Assembly: GCA_017303975.1 (NCBI GenBank)
Contig: JAFLBG010000001.1
Coordinates: forward strand, 91,988 to 155,987
Source of the DNA: Bacteroidota bacterium
GTDB lineage: Bacteria > Bacteroidota > Bacteroidia > JAFLBG01
Direction: 5' to 3'
Length of the DNA: 64,000 nt
Shown here: in pieces, positions 38,947 to 49,800 of the stretch
How positions within the stretch are numbered: the first letter of the stretch is position 1
Layout of the letters: each line of letters begins with the position of its first letter
Made by a program: the position numbers and the translations under genes
Notes under the pieces: generated by a model
Database searches by the model: none
What the model was told of the DNA's origin: nothing
Seen by the model: only the letters and a program-made list of their open reading frames with translations

Positions 38947-39882
38947 ATGGAAACAATTGAAAAGCCTTTTTCTAAAATGCCCGTTTCGACACGATTTTGG
39001 TTGTTGTGGTTGTTATTATTTATTGCTACTGCTTTTGCATCCCTCATTTCTTCGCTGGTAATAATGAATATGACTGGCATTAAAAGTTTAGAGGGGCTTT
39101 CGATATTATCTGATTTAAGTAATCCCGATGTTGTTTTTGTTTTGAAAATGACTCAATTGATTAGCGCTGTTGGTGCGTTTATTATACCGGCTCATATTTT
39201 TGCAACCCTGAGCAGTACTAATTATCGAGGATATTTAAACCTTACTGCTGCTAATAGAAACAATCAGTATGTGCTGGCAATCGTATGTATGATATCAGCA
39301 TTGCCACTTGTAAACTGGTTGGCAACAATTAATTCATCCCTTCATTTACCCGATGCTTTGCAGTCGGTAGAAGCATGGATGCGAAAAAGTGAAAAGGAAG
39401 CTGAGCAAGTTACAGAGGCTTTTTTGAGAATGTCAGGATTTAAGGATTTGGGATTGAATATATTTATAATCGGTTTCATTGCAGCATTTGCCGAAGAGTT
39501 ATTTTTTAGAGGGGCATTGCAAAAAGTGCTTAAAGAGTGGACTAAGAGCGAGCATGCTGCGGTTTGGATTTCTTCTGCCCTTTTTAGTGCATTGCACATG
39601 CAGTTTTTAGGCTTTGTGCCTAGATTATTGCTGGGTGTAATGCTGGGTTACATGAAAGAATGGTCAGGCTCGCTCTGGGTGCCAATTCTAGCACATTTTG
39701 TAAATAATGCAGGAGCGGTATTGCTTAGTTTTTTGATACAAAAAGCCATTATCTCTGATACTACAGAAGATTTAGGAGCTTCCGGTAACGATTGGATATT
39801 TGTAGTGTTGAGCGGAATACTACTTTCCGCACTTTTATTTTATTTTTTTAAAAACAGATTAAAACCACAAACTACGCTTTAA
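38947..39882 (+). CDS. CPBP family intramembrane glutamic endopeptidase (CAAX protease-like)
   Basis: 'AEELFFRG' and 'FSALH...H' motifs in a polytopic protein. Confidence 0.75.
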   Translation: METIEKPFSKMPVSTRFWLLWLLLFIATAFASLISSLVIMNMTGIKSLEGLSILSDLSNPDVVFVLKMTQLISAVGAFIIPAHIFATLSSTNYRGYLNLTAANRNNQYVLAIVCMISALPLVNWLATINSSLHLPDALQSVEAWMRKSEKEAEQVTEAFLRMSGFKDLGLNIFIIGFIAAFAEELFFRGALQKVLKEWTKSEHAAVWISSALFSALHMQFLGFVPRLLLGVMLGYMKEWSGSLWVPILAHFVNNAGAVLLSFLIQKAIISDTTEDLGASGNDWIFVVLSGILLSALLFYFFKNRLKPQTTL

Positions 39883-39919
39883 GAATAGTTTTTTTATCTT
39901 ACTTTAGCGGAAATATTTA

Positions 39920-40007
39920 GGAGAGGTGTCCGAGTGGTTGAAGGAGCACGCCTGGAAAGTGTGTATACTCCAAAAGGGTATCGCGGGTTCGAATCCCGCC
40001 CTCTCCG
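39920..40007 (+). tRNA. tRNA-Ser (anticodon GGA)
   Basis: GGAGAGG acceptor stem paired with CCTCTCC. Anticodon loop CTGGAAA. Long variable arm. T-arm GGTTCGAATCC. Confidence 0.9.
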
Positions 40008-40056
40008 CATCTATTATTAAGTCAGTTTTTAAAGGTTCAACTTTCTATTATCGGCA

Positions 40057-42285
40057 GTGGTATTTAGCGTCAGAAACATTCTTTCCTTTTTTCTTTTTTT
40101 CTGTTCATTTGCCCTTACGGCATCAAGCCCTACCGATTCTATTTATTTATCTATAAAAACCTCAAACATAGATAATGATATTGATTCACTTTATAGTATT
40201 GGTTCTACTATTTACCGAGGTAACCCTGAATTGGCAAGGGATTTGGCTAACAAGATGATAATTTTAAATAGGAATTCGAAAAATAAAACAACAAATTTTT
40301 CTAATGCGAATCATCTACTAGGTATTTCTTATTTAGCACAAAACGATATTACAAATGCCCTAATCTATTGCAGAAAAGCATACTCTCTGCGCAAGAAAGC
40401 AAATGATTTGAAGGGTGCCGTAATGAGCCTATCAAATATTGGAATATGCTATGAAATACAAAGCCAGTACGATAGTGCGATGGTGTACTATACCAAATGT
40501 TTATCTATAGACCACCAATTAAAAGATAGTGTTGGGTTAGGGTACGATTATATAAATATTGGCAATGTTTACTGGAGCGAGTACAAATTGGATTCTACTA
40601 TTTACTATTATAAAAAAGCATTTAATCTAAGACTTGAACTAAGAGATACGGTAGGGATTGCTACTTGTTTGTCTAATCTAGCGGGTGTTTGCATTGAATT
40701 TAAAAAATATAAGGACGCTATTTCTTATTGTAGGGAAGCGGAGAAAATAGTGCAGAAGATCGATGATAAATACTCATTGGGAGTTATTTACAGTCAAATT
40801 GGAGCATCCTACCAAAATCTTCTCCGGGAAGATTCTGCAACCACTTATTTTGAGCGGGCGCTGACAATCTATACGCAAATAAATCATAAAAGAGGAATTG
40901 CAAAATCACAATCTCGTTTAGCAAAATTATATTATACTCAGAAAAAGCAGAAAGAAGCTCTTGACCTACTAACTAATAGTATAGCAATATACAGAGCCGG
41001 TTCTTTTATTAATGAATTAATTCCGGATTTAAAATTAGCGGCACAAATTAGCTTCGAGAATAACGATTACGACAATGCAATTGTGTTGTGCAAAGAGTCT
41101 TATACATTGGCCGGCAATAAAAACCAGTCGGATTATCAAGCAGAATGTGCAGAACTGCTTGGGTTGTGTTACCAGAAAAAAGGAAATTACCAATTAAGAT
41201 CCCTGTATTTAGATTCGGCTCTTTTGTTTCTAAAGAAAATACGCAATATGGAGAAGTCCTCTGCCATTGACTTTGCGGCCTATAAAACTGATATAGAAAC
41301 TAAAAGCAAAAAAATAGAAATTGATAAATTAAATCTTGAAAAAGAAAAGCAAAAATTGGCAATTAAAAACAGGAATAATACCATTGCTTTTACTATAGTG
41401 GCATTGGTGTTGTTCTTCGTGTTATCTGTAATTGCCTATCGAAAGTTTTATAAAGAAAAAAAGTTGAAGGCAGAGCTAGAGCGTAAGAATGCAGCTATAG
41501 AAAGACAGAAAAAAATAATAGAAGATAAGAACAATGATATCTTTAAGAGTATAAGTTATGCTGAAAAAATACAACAAGCCTTTTTGCCTAATCCTATTAA
41601 CTTGAATATCTACTTTGCAGATAGTTTTATTTTGTATTTGCCAAAAGATGTGGTAAGTGGCGATTTTTACTGGATTGAAAAAAGAGAGGAATCTATTTAT
41701 TTTGCTGCTGTAGATTGCACTGGACATGGTGTTCCGGGGGCAATCATGTCTTCGTTGGGGTATTCTATTTTGAACCAAGCTCTCTTCGAACGTAAGCTAG
41801 ATAAGCCTAGCGAAATTTTATTTTTCTTAAGTAAGACATTAAACGCACTACTGAAGCAAGATGATAAATCCGTAAAAGATGGAATGGACATTGTGCTGTG
41901 TAAGTTTAATAAGACAACAAAAATACTTACACTTTCCGGAGCAATGAATCCGGCTTATTTTATATCAGACAATATTTTTAAGGAATATAAAACATCAAAA
42001 ACACAAATAGGATATCACAAACAAAAAGATGCTTCAGAGTACCAAGATGTTGAAATACCTGTAAAAAGAGGAGATTGTTTGTATCTATTATCCGATGGAT
42101 TCGCTGACCAATTTGGGGGACCCAAAAATAAAAAATACAAATATGCCCCTTTAAAAGAGTTGTTGCTTTCTATTCATTCACAAAAAATGAATGCACAAAA
42201 ACAGTTGCTCCACAATACTTTTCTTTCTTGGAAGAAAGAAGAAGAGCAGACGGACGATGTGTTATTAATGGGAATTAGATTTTAG
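40057..42285 (+). CDS. TPR-repeat / transmembrane / PP2C-type (SpoIIE-like) serine phosphatase
   Basis: Signal peptide, then about 8 TPR units, a coiled coil, one TM helix (IAFTIVALVLFFVLSVIAY), and a C-terminal 'DCTGHGVPGA...DGMD...SDGFADQ' PP2C/SpoIIE domain. Confidence 0.75.
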   Translation: MVFSVRNILSFFLFFCSFALTASSPTDSIYLSIKTSNIDNDIDSLYSIGSTIYRGNPELARDLANKMIILNRNSKNKTTNFSNANHLLGISYLAQNDITNALIYCRKAYSLRKKANDLKGAVMSLSNIGICYEIQSQYDSAMVYYTKCLSIDHQLKDSVGLGYDYINIGNVYWSEYKLDSTIYYYKKAFNLRLELRDTVGIATCLSNLAGVCIEFKKYKDAISYCREAEKIVQKIDDKYSLGVIYSQIGASYQNLLREDSATTYFERALTIYTQINHKRGIAKSQSRLAKLYYTQKKQKEALDLLTNSIAIYRAGSFINELIPDLKLAAQISFENNDYDNAIVLCKESYTLAGNKNQSDYQAECAELLGLCYQKKGNYQLRSLYLDSALLFLKKIRNMEKSSAIDFAAYKTDIETKSKKIEIDKLNLEKEKQKLAIKNRNNTIAFTIVALVLFFVLSVIAYRKFYKEKKLKAELERKNAAIERQKKIIEDKNNDIFKSISYAEKIQQAFLPNPINLNIYFADSFILYLPKDVVSGDFYWIEKREESIYFAAVDCTGHGVPGAIMSSLGYSILNQALFERKLDKPSEILFFLSKTLNALLKQDDKSVKDGMDIVLCKFNKTTKILTLSGAMNPAYFISDNIFKEYKTSKTQIGYHKQKDASEYQDVEIPVKRGDCLYLLSDGFADQFGGPKNKKYKYAPLKELLLSIHSQKMNAQKQLLHNTFLSWKKEEEQTDDVLLMGIRF

Positions 42286-42287
42286 AT

Positions 42288-43244
42288 TTATTTTGTAGAA
42301 GCCCTAAATAGTCTGTCGTTTATGGCTTTTCCGATTCCATCATTTGGAACTTTTTCGGCATAAACAATATCTACATCAAGTTCATCAATTTTTCGCAAAA
42401 AATTGAAAAGGTTTTTTCCCGCTTCTTGTAGGTTGTTACCGGGTGTTAAAATCAATTGATTCTTCTTTTCAATTTTATCGGAATAGCTCTTATAGACAAT
42501 CGCACCCACTTTTTTTGTAACATCTATTTGCGCATCCTGTAAGGAATCTACTAAAACTAATTTCTTTTTTGGTGCATAGTGAGATGCTATTTGCCCTGGT
42601 GCTACAGGGTTTGATGAATTGTTAAGTTGCACCTTGCACGAGCCAATTACGTGTTCAATCTCCTCTATTGTTAATCCTCCTAGACGATAAATTACCGGAT
42701 GATTATTTTCAAAACCAACAATAGTAGATTCTATACCTACTTTACATTCTCCACCATCTAAAATGTATTTTATTTTTTGGCCTAATTGGGCATTTACATG
42801 TTGTGCTTGCGTTGGACTTACATACCCAAAAGGATTTGCACTGGGTGCTGCTAAAGGGAAATCTAGTGAATTTAGAAGTTGTTGGGTAAGCGTGTGATTG
42901 GGAATCCGCATTCCTACAGTATCTAGACCGGATGTTACAATGTCCGGAATGATAGATTTTTTGGGTAATACAACAGTTATTGGGCCTGGAGAAAATCTTT
43001 CAAAGAGAAGTTTTGCTTGATTGGGAAATACAGAAACATACTTTTCAATTTCAGCTATATCCTTTACATGAACAATAAGTGGGTCAAACGTAGGTCGCTC
43101 TTTTATTTCAAAAATTTTTAAGCAAGCATTTGCATCTAAAGCATTAGCAGCAAGCCCGTAAACGGTTTCGGTTGGAATACCAACACAATCGCCATTTTTA
43201 AGATGTTGTGCCGCTGCTATTAAATCTATTCCAATACTTGCCAT
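42288..43244 (-). CDS. L-threonylcarbamoyladenylate synthase (Sua5/YrdC/TsaC family, with Sua5 C-terminal domain)
   Basis: 'IGIPTETVYGLAANA' YrdC motif. Length 318 aa. Confidence 0.85.
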   Translation of the reverse strand: MASIGIDLIAAAQHLKNGDCVGIPTETVYGLAANALDANACLKIFEIKERPTFDPLIVHVKDIAEIEKYVSVFPNQAKLLFERFSPGPITVVLPKKSIIPDIVTSGLDTVGMRIPNHTLTQQLLNSLDFPLAAPSANPFGYVSPTQAQHVNAQLGQKIKYILDGGECKVGIESTIVGFENNHPVIYRLGGLTIEEIEHVIGSCKVQLNNSSNPVAPGQIASHYAPKKKLVLVDSLQDAQIDVTKKVGAIVYKSYSDKIEKKNQLILTPGNNLQEAGKNLFNFLRKIDELDVDIVYAEKVPNDGIGKAINDRLFRASTK

Positions 43245-43396
43245 TTACCAAAAGTAGAAAAAATAAATTTGTCATTCGCGCAGTGTGCGCACCTTTACCA
43301 AAAATTTAAACCTAGGTAAAGGAAATCGTTCGACTTGCTTTTGCCCTATTCAAGTGAAATATGCGTACCTTGCGCAACTATAAACAAAATATATTT

Positions 43397-44653
43397 ATGC
43401 AATTTCAGTCACTGCAAATAATTGAACCAATTTTAAAAGCGTTGCAAGAAGAAGGTTATACCACACCAACACCTATTCAAGCACAATCTATTCCCATTGT
43501 TTTGCAAGGCACTGATTTGTTGGGTTGTGCTCAAACAGGAACAGGGAAAACTGCAGCATTTGCAATCCCTATTTTGCAATTATTAAGTGCAAATAAAACC
43601 TTCGATAGAAAAAAAAGAGTAAGAAGTTTAATCGTTACGCCTACCAGAGAGCTCGCAATACAAATAGGAGAAAGCTTTAGAGCGTATGGCAGATACACCG
43701 GATTAACGTGTACTGTAATTTTGGGCGGTGTAAATCAAAATCCTCAAGCAACTGCTCTACGAAATGGGGTGGATATTGTAATTGCAACTCCAGGAAGGCT
43801 TCTGGATTTGATGAATCAAGGGTATTTAAGTTTGCGCGATGTTGAGATATTTGTTTTAGACGAAGCCGATAGGATGCTTGATATGGGATTTATTCATGAT
43901 GTTAAGAGATTACTTGTTGCACTTCCTAAGCAAAGACAATCGCTTTTTTTCTCGGCAACCATGCCTCCTGAAATCGTAAAGCTTGCAGGTAGCATTTTAC
44001 AAAATCCCTCTAAAGTAACCGTTACACCTGTCTCATCAACGGTGGATATTATACAACAGTGTATTTATTTTGTAGATAAAGGAAACAAAAACGCCTTGCT
44101 GATAGAAATTTTGAAAGACCCAAATATAAAAACGGCTTTGGTCTTTACTCGGACGAAGCATGGCGCTGACAAGGTTGTGAAGGTTTTATTGAAACACAAT
44201 ATAAAAGCCGAAGCCATACATGGCAATAAAGCACAAAATGCAAGACAGCGTGCGTTGACAAATTTTAAAGCACAAACAACACGTGTACTAGTGGCCACAG
44301 ATATTGCTGCACGTGGAATTGATGTGGATGATTTAGAATATGTAATAAATTACGAAATGTCCAACATTGCTGAAACCTACGTACACCGCATTGGAAGAAC
44401 CGGAAGGGCAGGGGCAAAGGGAACGGCTATTTCTTTTTGTGATGCGGAAGAAAAGGAATATTTGCGCGATGTAGAAAAACTTATTAATAAAAGAATACCT
44501 GTTATAGATAATCATCCATTCCCTTTAATGGATCACAATCCTGTAAAAGCGCCAAAACAGCAGCAAGGACGAAGAAATGGAGGGCACTCAAGACCAAAGG
44601 GCGATGGAAATAGACCTCAAAGTAGATTTGCGAAATCAAGATCGAGGTGGTAG
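43397..44653 (+). CDS. DEAD-box ATP-dependent RNA helicase
   Basis: Q-motif, 'AQTGTGKT', 'PTRELA', 'DEAD', 'SAT' and 'HRIGRTGRAG' motifs, plus an Arg/Gly-rich C-tail. Start taken at MQFQSL. Confidence 0.9.
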   Translation: MQFQSLQIIEPILKALQEEGYTTPTPIQAQSIPIVLQGTDLLGCAQTGTGKTAAFAIPILQLLSANKTFDRKKRVRSLIVTPTRELAIQIGESFRAYGRYTGLTCTVILGGVNQNPQATALRNGVDIVIATPGRLLDLMNQGYLSLRDVEIFVLDEADRMLDMGFIHDVKRLLVALPKQRQSLFFSATMPPEIVKLAGSILQNPSKVTVTPVSSTVDIIQQCIYFVDKGNKNALLIEILKDPNIKTALVFTRTKHGADKVVKVLLKHNIKAEAIHGNKAQNARQRALTNFKAQTTRVLVATDIAARGIDVDDLEYVINYEMSNIAETYVHRIGRTGRAGAKGTAISFCDAEEKEYLRDVEKLINKRIPVIDNHPFPLMDHNPVKAPKQQQGRRNGGHSRPKGDGNRPQSRFAKSRSRW

Positions 44654-44666
44654 CTACTTATTAGCT

Positions 44667-46739
44667 TTATCTTATTGTTGAACCGTTTTGTATATCGCTT
44701 TTCTCGGGCGATACAAAACACAGAGATCCATCACTATTCTCCGCCATTAAAATCATGCCTTGCGATTCTATTCCTTTTATTTTGCGAGGTGCAAGGTTTA
44801 TTAGGATGCTTACCTTTTTTCCAATAATTTCCTCTGGTTTGTAGTGCTCTGCAATACCCGATACTACTATACGTTGATCGATACCGGTATCAATTTTTAA
44901 TTTCAACAATTTATCTGCTTTTGGAACTTTTTCTGCCTCTAGAATAGTTCCTACACGAATATCCATTTTGCTAAACTCATCGAAAGTAACTTCCGGCTTT
45001 GCAGCCTCAATCAACTTGGTAGTTGCAGCATTCATTTTTTTTGATTCTTCTAATTTATTTATTTGTGCCTCTACTAATGGGTCTTCTACCTTTTCAAATA
45101 GTAATGCTGCGGGTTGAATAACATGCCCTTCTTTTAGCAAGTCAATAGCTCCAGTGCCACTCCATAAAACACCAGACATATTAAGCATTTTCGATAATTT
45201 ACTCGCTGTAAAAGGCAAGAATGGCTCCATTAACACAGAGAGATTAGCACATGTTTGCAGTGAAATGTGCAATATTGCTTTTACTTTTTCCGGCTCTGTT
45301 GCTTGCAGTTTCCAGGGTTCGGTATCTGCCAAAAATTTATTTCCAATACGCGCCAAATTCATAAGTTCTGTAAGTGCTTCCCGAAATTTAAAGTTCTCTA
45401 TTGCAGTAGCAATTTTTACGGGAACATCTTTTATCTGATCGATAATAGATTTATATTCACTTTCATAACCAGCCATCGAAGGTACTTTCCCGTCATAGTA
45501 TTTATGGGTAAGGACAATAGTTCTGTTTACGAAATTTCCAAGTATAGCAACTAATTCACTGTTGTTTTTTAATTGAAAATCTTTCCATGTAAAATCATTA
45601 TCCTTTGTTTCCGGCATGTTGGAGCATAGGGTGTAACGCAGTACATCTTGCTTGTCTTTAAAATCAAGCAAATATTCATGTAACCAAACAGCCCAATTGC
45701 GAGAGGTGGAGATTTTATCGCCTTCTAAATTCAAAAATTCATTAGCCGGCACATTATCTGCTAACACATACTCTCCATGCGCCATGAGCATAGCAGGAAA
45801 AATAATACAGTGAAAAACAATATTGTCTTTCCCAATAAAATGAACCAATTTAGTTTCCTTATCCTTCCAGTACAGCTCCCAATTGGAAAGTTTATTAGAA
45901 CTTTGAACTTTAAACTTTGAACTTTCAAAGTACTCCTTAGTAGCGGAAATATATCCAATAGGTGCGTCAAACCAAACATACAGCACTTTTCCTTCTGCAT
46001 CTTTTACAGGCACTTTTACACCCCAATCCAAATCACGCGTCATAGCGCGAGGCTGTAACCCTTGATTTAACCACGATTTACACTGCCCATACACATTGGT
46101 TTTCCAGTCTTTGTGAGAATCAATATAGCTTTCAATGTCTGGTTGCATTTTATCTAATGGCAAAAACCAATTTTTTGTTTTTTTCAAAACCGGCTTTTCT
46201 CCACTTAATGTAGAACGCGGGTTTATTAAATCAGTTGGGTTTAAAGAACTGCCGCACTTTTCACACTGATCGCCATAGGCGTTCTCATTACTACATTTGG
46301 GGCAAGTGCCAACAATGTATCTATCTGCCAAAAACTGATTGGCTTTTTCATCAAAGTATTGTTCTGTTACTTCTTCTGTAAATATTTTTTTATCATACAA
46401 ATTTTTAAAAAACTCGGAAGCGGTCTCGTGATGAATCTTTGCAGATGTACGCGAATAGGTGTCGAAAGAAATTCCAAACTCAGCAAAAGCATCCCCCATT
46501 ATCTTGTGGTACTTGTCCACCACTTGCTGCGGAGTTATATCCTCTTTCTTTGCCTTAATGGTAATAGGTACACCATGTTCGTCTGAACCGCAAATAAAAA
46601 GCACGTCTTTACCAATAGCTCGTAAATAACGCACATAAATATCGGCCGGTAAATAGCATCCCGCCAAATGACCAATATGAACCGGTCCATTTGCATAAGG
46701 CAACGCTGCTGTAATTAAATATCGTTTAGGGTTTTGCAT
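44667..46739 (-). CDS. metG: Methionine--tRNA ligase
   Basis: 'HIGH' (PVHIGHLAG), 'KMSKS', Zn-knuckle cysteines and a C-terminal tRNA-binding domain. It also contains an unusual heptamer-repeat insertion (see findings). Confidence 0.95.
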   Translation of the reverse strand: MQNPKRYLITAALPYANGPVHIGHLAGCYLPADIYVRYLRAIGKDVLFICGSDEHGVPITIKAKKEDITPQQVVDKYHKIMGDAFAEFGISFDTYSRTSAKIHHETASEFFKNLYDKKIFTEEVTEQYFDEKANQFLADRYIVGTCPKCSNENAYGDQCEKCGSSLNPTDLINPRSTLSGEKPVLKKTKNWFLPLDKMQPDIESYIDSHKDWKTNVYGQCKSWLNQGLQPRAMTRDLDWGVKVPVKDAEGKVLYVWFDAPIGYISATKEYFESSKFKVQSSNKLSNWELYWKDKETKLVHFIGKDNIVFHCIIFPAMLMAHGEYVLADNVPANEFLNLEGDKISTSRNWAVWLHEYLLDFKDKQDVLRYTLCSNMPETKDNDFTWKDFQLKNNSELVAILGNFVNRTIVLTHKYYDGKVPSMAGYESEYKSIIDQIKDVPVKIATAIENFKFREALTELMNLARIGNKFLADTEPWKLQATEPEKVKAILHISLQTCANLSVLMEPFLPFTASKLSKMLNMSGVLWSGTGAIDLLKEGHVIQPAALLFEKVEDPLVEAQINKLEESKKMNAATTKLIEAAKPEVTFDEFSKMDIRVGTILEAEKVPKADKLLKLKIDTGIDQRIVVSGIAEHYKPEEIIGKKVSILINLAPRKIKGIESQGMILMAENSDGSLCFVSPEKSDIQNGSTIR

Positions 46740-46809
46740 AATAGCCACAAATTACGAAATATGTTACAGGCACTGAAGAACTTTGTTCGAAAAAATTTAA
46801 CTTGCGTAT

Positions 46810-49800
46810 ATGTATAAGCACATATTATTTATTTTGTTTTTTGTCGTTGGCAGTTTAGCTAATGGGCAGAATGTGGTGGCTTCATTCCAAGTTCCCACTA
46901 ACGATTCTATTTGTGTAAATAATCAAATCACCCTTTTGTTAACGGGGAGTACAGGTGATTCTATTCAAATTAAGTGGGGAGAGGGGTTGTCGGAAACTGT
47001 TACCGCTCCCTACAATAAGGTGGCTCATGTTTATTCTACAACAGGCGTTTTTACCCTAACTATCACTGCATACGACCAACCAAACCCTGTTGCAGTTGGT
47101 ACATTAACTATCACTGTGCTTGCAGCTCCGATGGTTGATTTTTCATATTCTTTTTCTGATCCATGCGCCAAGCCGAATATAAATGTGCAATTTACAAATC
47201 AGTCTGTGGCGGGCCTATTTAATTTTTCTTGGAATTTTGGTGATGGTACTATTGCCGGCACATCTACCCTAGAGAACCCGACATATTCGTATGCTCAACC
47301 AGGTGGCTATGTTGTGTCCTTAACAGCTCAAAATACGGTTTGTTCGAATACCAAATCAAAACCTATCTTATTTCCTAATGATAGCACTCTAGTATCTGCC
47401 ATTAACTATACTGTAGGCTGCCCTTGCAACAGCATCAACTTTTCTGCTCCCGGCACTGCTACTAATTGGACATGGTATTTTGGAGATGGTGCTACTGCTT
47501 CAGGACAGAATGTAGCGCATGCATTTCCGGAACCGGGCGAGTATTTAGTGAGTGTTGTAGGCTCAAACACCGGTACCGGTTGTGAATACAAGAAAGCAAC
47601 ACTACTTACCGTTTGTTCTGGAGATATAAATATTGGTAGTTCTAAATCGAACAACAATTGGTTTTTCTTTAACAACAACGGACTTGATTTCTCGGGAGCT
47701 AATCCTGTATTTGTTGGTGGAGGACAAATGAATCCTAGTACCGGAGAGGGTGGTGCAACTATAAGCGATCCTAAAACAGGCGCATTGTTATTTTACACCA
47801 ATGGACAAACCATATACAATGCTAATCATGCTGTGATGACCAATGGTAATGGTATTTTGAGCGGGGTGTCAGCCACTGAAAGTGCATTGATTATACCCAA
47901 CCCTGGTAATATAAAACAATACTATGTGTTTACAAGTAGTGGCGCATCTAGCGGAAGTCAAGGGTATCGCTATTCTATTGTGGACATGTCTTTGAGTGGA
48001 GGATTAGGAAGCGTAACAACCAAGAATGCGGCCCTGTTTTTAAAATCAGGTTTTCAGTCAGAAGTATTAAAAGGGGCTGTTAAAAAGGTAGCAGAAAATT
48101 GTAATCTAGCAGAATACTGGGTAATTGTGCCTACCAGCCAAGATACATTTAGAACGTATTTGGTTTCTTCGTCCGGAATTGCCGCACCCGTTATAAGTAG
48201 TTTGGCAAATCCTGCTGTTGCTAAAAAAATGAATAGAGCGGTTATGGGAAGCGCTATATCTCCCAACAGAAGAATGTACGCTGTTATAGAAGGTACTGTT
48301 TCCTCTACTCAGTACAACAGAATCAGATTAGTCGATTTTGATCTAAATACCGGCATTTTATCTAATCAACAAATTATTGAGCCTGGAATTGAACAGCTAT
48401 ATGGTATTGCATTTTCCCCCGATAATACTAAGTTGTATGCTGGTGGAAAAAACTATATTATTCAAATCGATTTAACAAATAATAATTTTCCTACATACAT
48501 ACCGGTGTCGGGTTTAGTTGCTAGTATGCAATTAGCACCAAATAATAAAGTATATTTTGTAAGACCTGATAGCACTTGGCTTAGTGAAATACAAAATCCC
48601 AACAATCCCGGTCTTTCATGTAACCTCATTGTAAATAGCATTTACATGAATGGAAATAAACTACGGTATGGATTGCAAAATGCCGCCCCCATTCACTTTT
48701 CTATACCAGATACAGCTCAATCCAACCTTAGTGTAAATTTAACACCAAGCCAGTGCTCGTTAACTTTACCAATTGTGAATCTTTCTGATACACTTTCAAA
48801 ACCTCCATGTACATTCTATACCAACGATACGCTTCGTTACCAGTGGAGTTTTGGAGATGGCGGCACCTCTAACGTGTATAATCCTGGAATACATACATAC
48901 AGTGTTGCAGGTACTTATTCGGTGCAATTGGTAGTAAGCAGACCAAGAACTTGCACTGCAGATACATTTATAACTACAGCAAATGCTGTTGTTCCTCCTG
49001 CGGTTGCTTCCGTTACTCTTTCTTCTTTTTGCGACAGTACTTTTTTTAAAAATAATTGGTATTTAAATTCATCCACAGTTCTAGATACGCTTATTGCAGC
49101 GTCCTATAGCGGTTGTGATAGTGTTGTACAATATAATTTGGTAATACATAAAAGCAACAATATAGCCTCTATTAGTACTATTGTTTGCGGTGGTTATACA
49201 AGTCCCGCTGGTAAAATCTATACCCAATCCGGCATATACAAAGATACCATTGCAACCTACTTGGGTTGTGATAGTATAATTACAATTAATTTGTCTGTTA
49301 CTGCAAACGCTATTTTAAATAACAGTCTTACGGCATCTTGTGATAGTGTTTTATTTAAAAGTAAATGGTACTATACTAATCAAGTAGTTTCTGATACTGC
49401 TATTGGTGTGGCTCCGGGTGGGTGTGATAGTATTGTAAATACAACTATTCAAATAAATAATTCGATCGCAACAAATGGCAATGTCAATATATGTAATGGG
49501 CAATCTGTTTTTATACACGGGATTTCACGCTCTACTAGTGGTGTTTATTCTGGTAATTTTTTAAGAAGCAATGGCTGTGACAGTATTTCAAATATAAACT
49601 TGTCCGTTTTGGCTCCTATACAATCTACTGTTTCTGTATCTGCTTGCGATAGCGCGTTTGTAAAGGGAGCATGGCAATACACCTCTCAGCTAGTAAAAGA
49701 CACGCTGTTTGGAGCTAGCGCCACAGGCTGCGATAGTATTGTTGTTACAGATATTACAATTCTTACAGCTCCCATTGCACTTGTATCTCCTGTTACAGCT

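Noticed and set aside
39926-40156. 76-aa ORF on + strand
   Set aside because: It overlaps the tRNA-Ser gene and the signal-peptide region of the downstream phosphatase. This is a spurious frame.
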